From an uncultured Lentisphaerota bacterium (lineage in GTDB: Bacteria > Verrucomicrobiota > Kiritimatiellia > CAIQIC01): DNA of 64,000 nucleotides. Below are positions 26,293-35,655 of the stretch, one piece after another. The notes beneath the pieces were generated by a model that was given only the letters and a program-made list of their open reading frames with translations, was not told where the DNA came from and made no database searches. Each line of letters begins with the position of its first letter. The stretch's first letter is position 1. A program made the translations under genes and the position numbers. Location: positions 68,763 through 132,762 of the forward strand of contig CAISWQ010000038.1 of assembly GCA_903889245.1 (NCBI GenBank), read 5' to 3'.

Positions 26293-28565
26293 AACTGCAC
26301 GCGGCCATCGCCATCGCGTCGCTGCTCGCGCTCAGCGGTGCATCTGCGGATTTCTGCGTGCAAGACTTCGGTGCAAAAGGCGATGGCTTCACCGATGACG
26401 GCCCGGCGGTTCAAAGAACAGTTGCTGCCGCCGTGTCAGCGCGCAAGCCATCGCGGATCGTTTTCGCGCCGGGGAAAACGTACCGGCTGCTTACTCCTCG
26501 GTCGGTCAAAATGCACGACGCTAGACTGCTTGAGCTTCAGAACGTGAACGACCTCACCATTGATGGCGGCGGTAGCCTTTTTCTCCTCCATCCAGATGTG
26601 CAATTTCTACAGGCATCAAATTGTCAGCGGCTCGTTGTCTCGAATTTGGGAATTGATTTCTCACCGCTGCCGTTTGTGCCCGGCGTGATCACTGCGGTGG
26701 ACAAGTCCACGCACGCGGTTGATGTCGAGATACTGCCGGGTTTTGATTTGCCCGCCGCGGACGGCCGGAAGACGCAGCGACATCCTCCGTTCTTCGGCTG
26801 GTTGCATCCGTCGGAAATAAATTCGCCATCAGCCCGCTACCACTATTACGTAGAGAAGATCACCGAAACCGGCAGCCCGCTCCAGCGAAGGGTTCGGTTG
26901 TTTGCCCAAGAAGAGTCGTTCGGAAAATTCGAGGGTGCCGGCATCGCGGTGGGCACAAAAATATCTGTTCCGATTCCCGGTGCGGCGCATGCGGAACGGG
27001 GACTTGTGGGCATCACCGATTGCGCCGAAGTCACCCTCGCGAATTGGTCGGTGTGGGCGGCACCCTATTTCACCTTCTCGCTGGCCAGAAACAGCGGCAC
27101 CATCCTTGTGACAAATGTGACGCTCGCGCCGAAGCCGGGCACCGGGCGGATGATGTCGTCGGGTCGCGACGGCTTTCACTGCAAAGGGAATCGCGGCCAG
27201 ATGATCTTCGATGGTTGCACGGTGTGCGGACTCGGCGACGACAGTTTCAATATCTCGTCCATGACCGCGGGACTTCACCGTCAGGAATCCGCAAGCACCA
27301 TCGTCGCCCTTCGGCGATTCTGGCCGTCAGCGGGATATCCCGATTTCTCACCGGGCGACCTGCTCTCGTTCTTCGACCCGGCTGGGAAGAGTATCATCTT
27401 CTCTGCGCGCGCTACCGCTGTGGAGTTATTCGAGGAAAAGTCGCTGAAGCTCGTGCGGCTATCGTTCACGAATATGTTGCCTGCGCTGCCGGCCAATTGC
27501 CTGATCTACAACATGGCCATTGCAGCCCCCGGCACGATCATCCGCAATTCGCACATCACGGGAAGCTGCCGGATGCGCGCCCCGCTGCTCATCGAACATT
27601 CAATGTTCACCGGTTTCAACTGGTACTACGGCGACGACATCGAAGGGCCGTTCCCCCGGCGTGTGATGATCCGCCAGTCGCATTTTGTGAATGGCGACAC
27701 GCAGAACAATCGCGGTGATACGCTCCTCTTCGCTTCACCCCGGTTTTCCGCCACGACCAAGGCGACGGAATACGATGCCGATGACATCATCCTTGAAAAC
27801 AACATCTTCGACGGCGCGGTTGTTTTCGATCACTGCCGGAATCTCGCCGTGATCGGAAACCAGTTCAACTACACCAATCGGTTCATCGCGACCGGGCTCG
27901 AAAACGCGCTGTTTCGCGACAATGCCTTCGGCGGACGCGAAATGGCCGTTCTGCCAAACTCGAAGGCACACTCTGCGCAGCTTTCGGAAAAGAAGGTCAT
28001 GGTGACCGGCTCAACACGTAACGCGGCGACGCAGTCCTTGATGAAGCCCTTCACCTTTTTCATGGGGCGCTTGAGCGGCGGAGAGCCCAGCCGCCACATT
28101 TCCGCCGTGGGCAACGGCGCTTCCGGGAAGTACGTCGGCGCGGTTTCCATGTTTGGGAAAACGGTTGAGAGCTATGAACTGATTCCGCCGGGCCATGCAT
28201 CAACGGGTGCTGATGTTGCGATTGAGGAAGACATCGCCCCGCGCTTCTCCCGCCTCACGTTCCTTGCCGCGCCAGGTGATGACGCTGCTCGTTTCGCTGT
28301 CTATGCCGTGGATTCGACAAACACCGCGCGTCGCGAGATCGCCTCCGGCGCGCTTCCCGCCGGCCAGTGGACCGAAATCGCCGTTGATCTTTCATCGGCC
28401 GCACCCGGCCGCGATGGCTGCCGGCGGATCAACATTTCGTTACCCACCGCATCGGGCAAAACATCGCCCGTTTTCATCGGCGGTATCACCGTCATTGAAG
28501 ACGGCGCGACGGCGCCGCGGCGTGATCCCGCAGCATTGGTCAAGGAGCCTGTGAAACCAATATGA
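26289..28565 (+). CDS. right-handed parallel beta-helix (pectin-lyase-fold / Pectate_lyase_3-like) secreted protein
   Basis: Signal peptide. The N-terminal VQDFGAKGDGFTDDGPAVQ motif is typical of this fold. Confidence 0.6.
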   Translation: MKLHAAIAIASLLALSGASADFCVQDFGAKGDGFTDDGPAVQRTVAAAVSARKPSRIVFAPGKTYRLLTPRSVKMHDARLLELQNVNDLTIDGGGSLFLLHPDVQFLQASNCQRLVVSNLGIDFSPLPFVPGVITAVDKSTHAVDVEILPGFDLPAADGRKTQRHPPFFGWLHPSEINSPSARYHYYVEKITETGSPLQRRVRLFAQEESFGKFEGAGIAVGTKISVPIPGAAHAERGLVGITDCAEVTLANWSVWAAPYFTFSLARNSGTILVTNVTLAPKPGTGRMMSSGRDGFHCKGNRGQMIFDGCTVCGLGDDSFNISSMTAGLHRQESASTIVALRRFWPSAGYPDFSPGDLLSFFDPAGKSIIFSARATAVELFEEKSLKLVRLSFTNMLPALPANCLIYNMAIAAPGTIIRNSHITGSCRMRAPLLIEHSMFTGFNWYYGDDIEGPFPRRVMIRQSHFVNGDTQNNRGDTLLFASPRFSATTKATEYDADDIILENNIFDGAVVFDHCRNLAVIGNQFNYTNRFIATGLENALFRDNAFGGREMAVLPNSKAHSAQLSEKKVMVTGSTRNAATQSLMKPFTFFMGRLSGGEPSRHISAVGNGASGKYVGAVSMFGKTVESYELIPPGHASTGADVAIEEDIAPRFSRLTFLAAPGDDAARFAVYAVDSTNTARREIASGALPAGQWTEIAVDLSSAAPGRDGCRRINISLPTASGKTSPVFIGGITVIEDGATAPRRDPAALVKEPVKPI

Positions 28566-29929
28566 CATCCGACAACCAACATTTCTTGCTCACGCGGCCC
28601 CGTGCCGTCTTGTCACTGGTGGTAATGCTTGCATTCACTGGCAACATTGCCGGGAGAGCTGAACCCGCGCCGCCGTTCATCTCCGCGGTGCTCACCGACT
28701 ACGGCGCGGATGCGCGCGGCGAGCGCGATTCGTCCGAGGCCTTCGCCCGCGTGCTGACCGCCGCCGGGACCAACCGGCACATTCGCATCAGCATCCCTCC
28801 GGGCCGCTACCGCCTCGCCAGTCGCGTGCTGCTCACCGCCGCGGGCAACAGCAGCAATTACGGTCTGCACATCCAGGGCGCGGGCGAGAATGTCACCGAG
28901 CTGGTGGTGGATAACGCCGAGGGTGGCCTCGCGTTCGTCGGCAAGCATCTCACGCGCATGAGCGTGATCGTCTCCGATCTCTCGCTCGTCGCGGCGCGCA
29001 ACGGCGCGGGCACGGCGCTGGCGTTCGATACCGCCAACGCCGGCGTGCAGAACGACCGCCAGTTCACCGCACGCGACCTCACCATCCGCGGCGAGAAATT
29101 CGACCGCGGCCACTTCAACACCGCCGTCCATGTCCGCAACGCGTGGTTCACGCTGCTGCACAACATCAAGGTCACGCAACAATATCAGCCGGCGATCCGC
29201 GACCAGGCGTTCAACACCGAATACAATTTCCTGCTGGAGGATTGCTACAGCCCCAGCCTCACCGACTGCCGCGCGCTCGGCGGTCGTTACGGCCTCGTCC
29301 ATCGCGCCGTGAACATGAAACCGGATGCGCCCGAGGACGGCATCATCCGCGGCTGCTATTTCGTCGGGCAGGCCGAAGGCGTTGTCATCGACATGAAGAA
29401 GGGCGCGGGCGAATGGCCGGAGCCGGGGCTGCACATGGACAACTGCCACGTCGCCTATCGCGATCAAGGCCTCAACATCCGGGGGGTGCAGCAGGCGAAC
29501 ATCAGCCACTGCCTGTTCTATTGCCTCGACCGCACCGGTACGCCGTGGCATGTGCCCGATGTGATGCCCGTGCCGGGCGGCACGAAAGAGAAACGCCGCG
29601 ACTACGCGCCGTGCGACATCAACTTCGAGTTCGGCGCCAACATCGTCGTGGATGGCAACATCTTCACCGAGCCGGCGAATCCCAATCGTGTCGCCGTGCG
29701 CATTGGCCCGCGCTCCGGCCACATTTTGATTTCCGGCAATCAATTCAACGTGAGCGGCACCGCCATCAAAAACGAATCGCGCGAGCCGAGCTATGCCTCC
29801 GGCAACACCTTTGGCGGCAAACCCGACTGGTCCGCCGGCCTCACGCCCTATGCCGACGCGCCGCACACCTTGGCCACGCGCGATTTCCCGCCGCCGCCCC
29901 GCGCGCCATCAACCGGAGGCCGGCCGTGA
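28562..29929 (+). CDS. right-handed beta-helix (pectin-lyase-fold) secreted protein
   Basis: Signal peptide. Repetitive beta-helix-like segments with many Gly/Asn/Asp turns. The first ATG overlaps the previous stop. Confidence 0.55.
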   Translation: MTSDNQHFLLTRPRAVLSLVVMLAFTGNIAGRAEPAPPFISAVLTDYGADARGERDSSEAFARVLTAAGTNRHIRISIPPGRYRLASRVLLTAAGNSSNYGLHIQGAGENVTELVVDNAEGGLAFVGKHLTRMSVIVSDLSLVAARNGAGTALAFDTANAGVQNDRQFTARDLTIRGEKFDRGHFNTAVHVRNAWFTLLHNIKVTQQYQPAIRDQAFNTEYNFLLEDCYSPSLTDCRALGGRYGLVHRAVNMKPDAPEDGIIRGCYFVGQAEGVVIDMKKGAGEWPEPGLHMDNCHVAYRDQGLNIRGVQQANISHCLFYCLDRTGTPWHVPDVMPVPGGTKEKRRDYAPCDINFEFGANIVVDGNIFTEPANPNRVAVRIGPRSGHILISGNQFNVSGTAIKNESREPSYASGNTFGGKPDWSAGLTPYADAPHTLATRDFPPPPRAPSTGGRP

Positions 29930-29995
29930 TTTACCACCTTGTACCGTTGCGCTGGGTCGGTGACCCGGCCCGCAGTAAGCGAAAGCAAATCTGTT

Positions 29996-30022
29996 GTAGG
30001 CCGCGTGACCTCACGCGGCGTC
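29996..30022. repeat. REP-like element GTAGGCCGCGTGACCTCACGCGGCGTC (9-bp palindromic stem)
   Basis: GCCGCGTGA-CC-TCACGCGGC is a perfect inverted repeat with a 5' GTAG head. A second copy lies at 43222-43248. Confidence 0.7.
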
Positions 30023-30045
30023 TGACGCGACTGGGGGTGGCGGCG

Positions 30046-31443
30046 TCAATGTTTGGCGCCCTAAACGCCGCGGATTTCCAAGCCTTGGAAAAATCCGCGG
30101 AAAAAGTTCCAAGCCTTGGAAAAAATGAGCCGGAAATTTCCAAGGCCTGGAAAAACGGCGGAAATAATTTCCAATCCTTGGAAAACGTCGCCGGTGTGCA
30201 GGCCGTGCTTGCGCACATCCAGCAGGGTTTTCCGCAATCCATCAAGGTGGACACGAAGGGCGACGCCGATGTCGTCGGCCTGCCGCAGCCCTATACGGCG
30301 CCGTGCATCAAGGAGGGTTTCCAGCAGCAGTTTTACTGGGATACCTATTTCATCAACCAAGGGCTGCTGCGCATCGGCATGGCGGAGCAGGCGCGGCACA
30401 ACGTCAACAATCTACTGCTGCTGACCGACCAGTTCGGCATCGTGCCCTCGGCCAACCGGCGCTCGATGGCGAACCGGTCGCAGACGCCGTTTCTCTCGCA
30501 GATGGTGCGCGACTCCTACGAGCACCAGCCCGACGCCGCATGGTTGAAGGGCGCCGTTGCGGTGCTGAAGAAGGATTACCAGTTCTGGATGACGAAACGG
30601 CTCGCGCCGTGCGGGCTGAACCGCAGCGGCAACGACGCGACGGAGCAGTACCTGATGGCCTTTTATTATTACCTCGCGAAGGAGCGCTTCAAGGGGCTCG
30701 CGCTGGCGACGAAGGCGGAGCAACTCGCGTTCAGCAGCCAGGCGTTGAGCGAGGCGGAGACGTGGGACTTCACGCCGCGCTACGACCGCCGCGCCGAGGA
30801 ATTCTGTCCGCTCGACCTCAACAGCAATCTCTATATCTACGAGATGAACTTCGCGTGGTTCAGCAAGATTCTCGGCGCTGGCGAGGAAACGGCGTGGCTG
30901 GCGAAAGCGGAACAGCGCAAGGCGTTGATGCAGGAGTTGCTCTGGAACGAGAAGCTCGGCTGCTATGGCGACTATGACTGGAAGAACAGGAAGCAGGGCG
31001 ACCTCGTCAGTTGCGCCACGCTCTATCCGCTGGTCGCCGGTTTCGCCACGCCGCAGCAGGCGGAGCGGGTCGTCGCGAAGATGCGCGCGGTGCTCGAATG
31101 CGAGCACGGACTCGCGACGTGCGAGCAGCGCAAACATCCGTTCTCCTATCAGTGGGACTTCCCCAACGCGTGGCCGCCGCTACAACTGCTCGCGATCCAG
31201 GGGCTGGACCGCTACGGCTTCAAGGCCGATGCCCAGCGCATCGCCCGCAAGTACGTGGACACCGTCGTGCGGAATTTTGTGAAGACCGGCGACTTGTGGG
31301 AGAAGTACAACGCGGTCACGGGAACGATTGAGGTGAAGGACGAATACCAGATGCCGCGCATGATGGGCTGGACCGCCGGCGTGTTTGTCTGCGCGGCCGA
31401 CTATCTGCACCTGCGAAACAAAACCGGAGAACACAAACCATGA
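30046..31443 (+). CDS. trehalase-like glycoside hydrolase (GH37); start codon uncertain
   Basis: QQQFYWDTYFINQGLL matches trehalase signature 1. QWDFPNAWPPLQ matches signature 2 (QWD-x-PN-x-W-x-P). DLNSNLYIYE is also present. The first in-frame ATG at 30046 would place the palindrome array in coding; the alternative start is GTG near 30196. The N-terminal region is short compared with typical trehalases. Confidence 0.6.
   Translation, partial: SMFGALNAADFQALEKSAEKVPSLGKNEPEISKAWKNGGNNFQSLENVAGVQAVLAHIQQGFPQSIKVDTKGDADVVGLPQPYTAPCIKEGFQQQFYWDTYFINQGLLRIGMAEQARHNVNNLLLLTDQFGIVPSANRRSMANRSQTPFLSQMVRDSYEHQPDAAWLKGAVAVLKKDYQFWMTKRLAPCGLNRSGNDATEQYLMAFYYYLAKERFKGLALATKAEQLAFSSQALSEAETWDFTPRYDRRAEEFCPLDLNSNLYIYEMNFAWFSKILGAGEETAWLAKAEQRKALMQELLWNEKLGCYGDYDWKNRKQGDLVSCATLYPLVAGFATPQQAERVVAKMRAVLECEHGLATCEQRKHPFSYQWDFPNAWPPLQLLAIQGLDRYGFKADAQRIARKYVDTVVRNFVKTGDLWEKYNAVTGTIEVKDEYQMPRMMGWTAGVFVCAADYLHLRNKTGEHKP
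30074..30186. repeat. array of 4 palindromic units at 31 bp period
   Basis: ATTTCCAAGCCTTGGAAAAA, AGTTCCAAGCCTTGGAAAAAA, AATTTCCAAGGCCTGGAAAAA and AATTTCCAATCCTTGGAAAAC. Consecutive copies are read in different frames. Confidence 0.9.
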
Positions 31444-32321
31444 ACAAGAAACTGCTGCTGGCCGCGATGCTCCTTGGCGCCGGCCTGTCTGCGCTCGCCA
31501 TCGGGCCGGCGACGGAACCGGGCAAGAAGTTCGTCTATAAGCAATCGGCTGGCGCGCCGCAGGACATGGAGGTCTATTTCCCGCCGGACTGGAAGGCAGG
31601 CGGGCCGAAGGTGCCGGGCGTGCTGCTGTTCCACGGCGGCAGTTGGGTCGGCGGAACGCTGGACCAGTTCCGCAACGCGGCGCACTACTTCGCCAGCCGC
31701 GGGCTCGTGGCGGCGACGGCCAACTACCGGATGCTCAAGAAGGGCGCAGGCAAAAATTCCCATGGCGTGATTGAGTCCAAGCGCGTCTGCCTCACCGATG
31801 CCAAGAGCGCCCTCCGCTGGTTCAAGCAGCACGCCGACGAACTCGGCCTTGATCCGCAGCGCGTCATCATCGGCGGCGGCTCGGCGGGCGGCCACCTCGC
31901 CGTGCTCGCGACGCTGAATCCGGGCCTGAACGATCCCAACGACCCAAAGGATTTCGATACCAGCGTCGCGGCCTACGTCCTCTTCAACCCCGCGTTCTCG
32001 CCGCAGGACAGCGCCGATGCCGAGGTGGATGTGCTCAAGCAACTCAAGGTTCCGTTCGCGCCGGCGATCATGTTCTTTGGCACGCAGGATACGTGGAAGC
32101 CCGGCGCCGACGCCGCGCTCAAACGTCTCAAGGAGCTCGGCAACACGACCACCGAGCTGTGGTTGGCGGAGGGCGAGAAGCACAGCTTTTTCAATAAGCA
32201 GCCGTGGCAGGACGTGACGCTCGCTGCCGCCGATAAATTTCTCGTCGAGCGCGGCCTTCTGAAAGGCCAGTGTACGCTCACGCCGCCGGCGGGCGGCGAG
32301 AAGCTCATCAAGGCGCCGTGA
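31440..32321 (+). CDS. alpha/beta-hydrolase-fold esterase (fold-3 / carbohydrate-esterase-like)
   Basis: Signal peptide. The HGGSW oxyanion region and the GGGSAGGHLA nucleophile elbow are present. Confidence 0.75.
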   Translation: MNKKLLLAAMLLGAGLSALAIGPATEPGKKFVYKQSAGAPQDMEVYFPPDWKAGGPKVPGVLLFHGGSWVGGTLDQFRNAAHYFASRGLVAATANYRMLKKGAGKNSHGVIESKRVCLTDAKSALRWFKQHADELGLDPQRVIIGGGSAGGHLAVLATLNPGLNDPNDPKDFDTSVAAYVLFNPAFSPQDSADAEVDVLKQLKVPFAPAIMFFGTQDTWKPGADAALKRLKELGNTTTELWLAEGEKHSFFNKQPWQDVTLAAADKFLVERGLLKGQCTLTPPAGGEKLIKAP

Positions 32322-32334
32322 TCTTGGAGGAACT

Positions 32335-33750
32335 ATGAAAACACGAAAGCTCTTGCAAGCCGCGCTGGGTGTTGTGGCGGCGCTCTCTCTGGCCGCACAG
32401 GCGCAGGCGCCGGTGAAGCTGCTCTTCTCCACGGCGCAGGACCTCACCAACACCTGGGGCCAGCTCCAGTTTGGCGTCACGCCGCTCCACCTCGTCACCA
32501 ACTGCGCGAACCCCGGGTTCGAGTTGAGTTGCTGCCTGCCGCGCGCCGACGGCGCGTGGGATGTCTACGGCCAGGTCTTCAAGCAGGTCTCGCCGCACAA
32601 CGACCAAGTCAGGGAGACGAGCGTCTGGTCGGTGGTGCATGCGACGACGCGCGACGGTGTGAAGTTCGAGAACATCGAGACGGTGTTCACCGCCGAGCCC
32701 GGCCCGTGGACGTTCAACCACGCGCTGGCCTACAACTCCGACAAAAAGGAATTCCTGCTCCTGAAGTTGAAGATGGATAACTACGGTTTCCGCTACACCG
32801 CGTTCTTCAGCCCCGATGGCCGCAACTGGCAGGAGCATCCGAAGAGTCCGCTGTTCTACGATGGCGACGCGATCAGCCTGTTCTGGAGCACCGCGCTGCA
32901 CCGCTTCGTCCTCGTCTCGAAAAGCCTGCAACCCTACGCCAAGCGTTTCCGCGATCACGGCGGCGCGACGCCGAGCCTGAAGAACGAGAACCTGCGCGAC
33001 CGTCGCGTCCTCGCGTTCCGCACGAGCGCCGACGGCCGCGCGTGGGAACCCTCCGACTCGATGGCGGATGTCTGGAACCGCGGCGGACAAAAGAAGCCGC
33101 GGCCCGATGGCGTGCTGACCATGCCCGACGCCAGTGATCCGCCGGACCTGGAGTTCTACAGCGGCAACGGCTTCTGGTATCACGACCGCTGCTATCTGAT
33201 GGTGCTCAACTACGCCGCCAGCCCGCTCGCCATCCGCAAACACGGGCCGCAACTGGATACCGAGTGGTGGGTGGGGCACGACGGTCTGCGCTGGGAGCGG
33301 CCCGGCCGCGGCGTCAACGCGACCGGCGCGGAGGTCACGCGCCTGACGCACAACCCGCTGCTCATCGGCGACCAGTTGCTGCTCCACTACGGCAACCGCC
33401 TGCTCGGCATGCCGCGCGACCGCGTCAGCTTCGTCAGCGCGCGGGCCAACGCGGAATTTTCCACGCGCGCCTTCACGATGCCGCAGGCCGACCTTGTGCT
33501 CAACGCCGCGATCCCCGCGCCGGAGCGCGCGTTCGTGGCCGCGAGCGCCTACGTGATGGCCGACGTGCTCGACGAGCACGGCCAGATCATCCCCGGCTTC
33601 GAGGCGGAGAAGTGCGTGCTGCAAAAAGCCGACGCGATTGACCTGCCACTGCGCTGGGCCGGCAAGTCGGCGCGCGAACTCGCCGGCCGCACCATCAGCC
33701 TGCGCTTCCACCTGCGCAGTGCCAACCTCTACGCCGTCACATCGAAATGA
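32335..33750 (+). CDS. secreted hypothetical protein with Asp-box-like repeats (possible beta-propeller glycosidase)
   Basis: Signal peptide MKTRKLLQAALGVVAALSLAAQAQA. Repeated S-x-DG-x-x-W segments (SPDGRNWQE, SADGRAWEP, GHDGLRWER). Confidence 0.5.
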   Translation: MKTRKLLQAALGVVAALSLAAQAQAPVKLLFSTAQDLTNTWGQLQFGVTPLHLVTNCANPGFELSCCLPRADGAWDVYGQVFKQVSPHNDQVRETSVWSVVHATTRDGVKFENIETVFTAEPGPWTFNHALAYNSDKKEFLLLKLKMDNYGFRYTAFFSPDGRNWQEHPKSPLFYDGDAISLFWSTALHRFVLVSKSLQPYAKRFRDHGGATPSLKNENLRDRRVLAFRTSADGRAWEPSDSMADVWNRGGQKKPRPDGVLTMPDASDPPDLEFYSGNGFWYHDRCYLMVLNYAASPLAIRKHGPQLDTEWWVGHDGLRWERPGRGVNATGAEVTRLTHNPLLIGDQLLLHYGNRLLGMPRDRVSFVSARANAEFSTRAFTMPQADLVLNAAIPAPERAFVAASAYVMADVLDEHGQIIPGFEAEKCVLQKADAIDLPLRWAGKSARELAGRTISLRFHLRSANLYAVTSK

Positions 33751-33940
33751 AAAGGCGAACAGGTGGACAGAAAAACAAGAGACAAAAAAACGCCGCTGTT
33801 GGTAGCCCCGCCGCGAGGCGGGCGCGGCCGGTTTTCCAAGACGGGATGGAGCAGTCGTGGTTGTGACCAAGCAGGCCTAAATAGCGCCTTGCTGGAGTAA
33901 GTTGGTTTTGTTAAAAAGCACGCAGTTTTAGGAGGCGGAT

Positions 33941-35515
33941 ATGCCAAGCAGTAGGCAGCGGCGGGCGGAGGTTTTGGTGGTAGTCGGTCTGGCGGCGACT
34001 GCGGTCCTTGCGCAAGCCCCTTCGTGGTGGACCAGCCGCGCCGTCCTGCTCACCGGTCCCGGCGTCGTGACCAATGACTTCTCGCTGGTCAATCAGGGGC
34101 AGGTGAAGTGGATGGCCACGCAGGCCAAGGCGGAGTTCGACGAGAAGCTGCAACTGATCGGCGGCGCGGGTAGCAACGTCAACGCGCTCGTCGGTTCGTT
34201 TGTCAATGCCAACAATTACCGCCCGGTCAACGCCGGCATGCTCAAGAACACCGTCGCTCCCTTCTATGAACGGCTGCTGGCGCTGGGCCTGACCAACTGC
34301 TATCCGGCAGGCGCGGGTCGGCCCTATCCATGGAGCAATTCAACCAATCCACCGCGCGATTTCTCGATTGTCAATATTGGTCAGACGAAATACGTGTACA
34401 GCTTCAACACCGAGGTGGACAGCGACGGCGATGGCATTCCGGACATGTGGGAGCGCAGCCTTGGCTCCGATCCCTACCTGCACGACGCGCAGGCGGTGAA
34501 CACCAACGCATGGGCGCAGGGGCTGACGAACCTGGAGCTTTATCAGGGGATGAGCAGCCTCACGATCCCCAACGCCTGGGCCGTCTATACCAACACCAGC
34601 CAAGTCGCGGTGGTCGCGGACATCCGCTCGCGCAACCGCTACCTCACGGTGAAGGCGGCGGAATTCTTCCTCGACACCACCAACGGCGTCACCTTTGGCA
34701 CTGGTACGGCGATGAGCGCGATGGATGGCGCCTTCAACTCGACCAACGAAATGGCGCAGGCGATTTTCACGCCCACCTTCCCCGCCGGCGAGCGCCACGA
34801 AATTTTCATCCACGCCCAAGACAACGCCAACCACTGGTGTCCCTTCGTCAAAGTCATCGTCAACCCCAACATCAACGACATCCTCGACCGGATTCAGGCG
34901 AACTATTCAGCCATCCACGATTTGCAATTCAAGGTGGTGTTCACCGAGACCAAGGATGGCGTTATGACCCGCAGCGATATTGTCGCCGTCAAGATGAAAG
35001 GGCCATATAAGACTCGCAGTGAATATTCAACCGGGCTTTGCGTCATTCAAAATGAGAACACAGAATGGTGGTTTAAGCCATCGCTCGGTGGCCACGCCAT
35101 GCAGACGGCCTTGAACGATGACTTCGATCCCAACGCCAATCGCAATGCCGACATTTTTTGGGACATACCTCTTTGGCGGAGTCGGATGACCAGCAGTATC
35201 GCGGGTGCCCCCACGCCAGGGATATTTGACGTGGCCATGTCGCCGACAGGGGGATCCATTTGGCAACCACAAACCATGCGCGTGGATTTCTCGCGTGGAT
35301 TCGTCACGCAGTTGAACATAAATGACACAGATATTTCTGCCTCGATAAACTACTCGAACCCTCTGGAAGTTGCGCCTGGTGTCTGGTTGTTCACCAGCCA
35401 CCATCATGTCCTCCAGTTTAGCGGTGGTTTCCAGATGATTACCGATTTTATCCTGACCGATATCAAGGTGAATCAAGGTTTGAATGACTCGCTGTTCACC
35501 ATCCCGACGGAGTGA
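33941..35515 (+). CDS. secreted hypothetical protein with a DxDxDG calcium-binding-like motif and a LolA-like C-terminal region
   Basis: A strong RBS AGGAGG precedes the ATG. Signal peptide. DSDGDGIPDMWE is present. GC content is lower than in the upstream genes. Confidence 0.5.
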   Translation: MPSSRQRRAEVLVVVGLAATAVLAQAPSWWTSRAVLLTGPGVVTNDFSLVNQGQVKWMATQAKAEFDEKLQLIGGAGSNVNALVGSFVNANNYRPVNAGMLKNTVAPFYERLLALGLTNCYPAGAGRPYPWSNSTNPPRDFSIVNIGQTKYVYSFNTEVDSDGDGIPDMWERSLGSDPYLHDAQAVNTNAWAQGLTNLELYQGMSSLTIPNAWAVYTNTSQVAVVADIRSRNRYLTVKAAEFFLDTTNGVTFGTGTAMSAMDGAFNSTNEMAQAIFTPTFPAGERHEIFIHAQDNANHWCPFVKVIVNPNINDILDRIQANYSAIHDLQFKVVFTETKDGVMTRSDIVAVKMKGPYKTRSEYSTGLCVIQNENTEWWFKPSLGGHAMQTALNDDFDPNANRNADIFWDIPLWRSRMTSSIAGAPTPGIFDVAMSPTGGSIWQPQTMRVDFSRGFVTQLNINDTDISASINYSNPLEVAPGVWLFTSHHHVLQFSGGFQMITDFILTDIKVNQGLNDSLFTIPTE

Positions 35516-35576
35516 GAATGAAAAACAACGCAAAACAGATTCTTCCTTCGGTGAACCACGCAAAGGCATCTTTGAT

Positions 35577-35629
35577 CTTTTCCAAGCCCTGGGAAAGGCG
35601 GCCTTGTCTTTTTCCAAGGTTTGGAAGCT
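35577..35629. repeat. palindrome doublet (degenerate, 32 bp apart)
   Basis: CTTTTCCAAGCCCTGGGAAAG and TTTTTCCAAGGTTTGGAAGCT, 25-80 bp upstream of the TolB-like start. Confidence 0.8.
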
Positions 35630-35655
35630 TGGTGGCTGCGCTATGCTCGCGGCAC

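Noticed and set aside
29143-30045. Track ORF 29143..31443 (766 aa) as the real trehalase gene.
   Set aside because: The first 900 nt overlap the well-supported beta-helix gene 28562-29929 in another frame. They translate to Arg/Pro-rich low-complexity sequence and read through the REP-like hairpin. The gene is therefore shortened to start at or after 30046.
33790-33830. The GC-rich hairpin GCCCCGCCGCGAGGCGGGCGC after the gene ending at 33750 as an intrinsic terminator.
   Set aside because: The stem is imperfect and no proper T-tract follows; GGCCGGTTTTCC has only four T. It is mentioned but not annotated.
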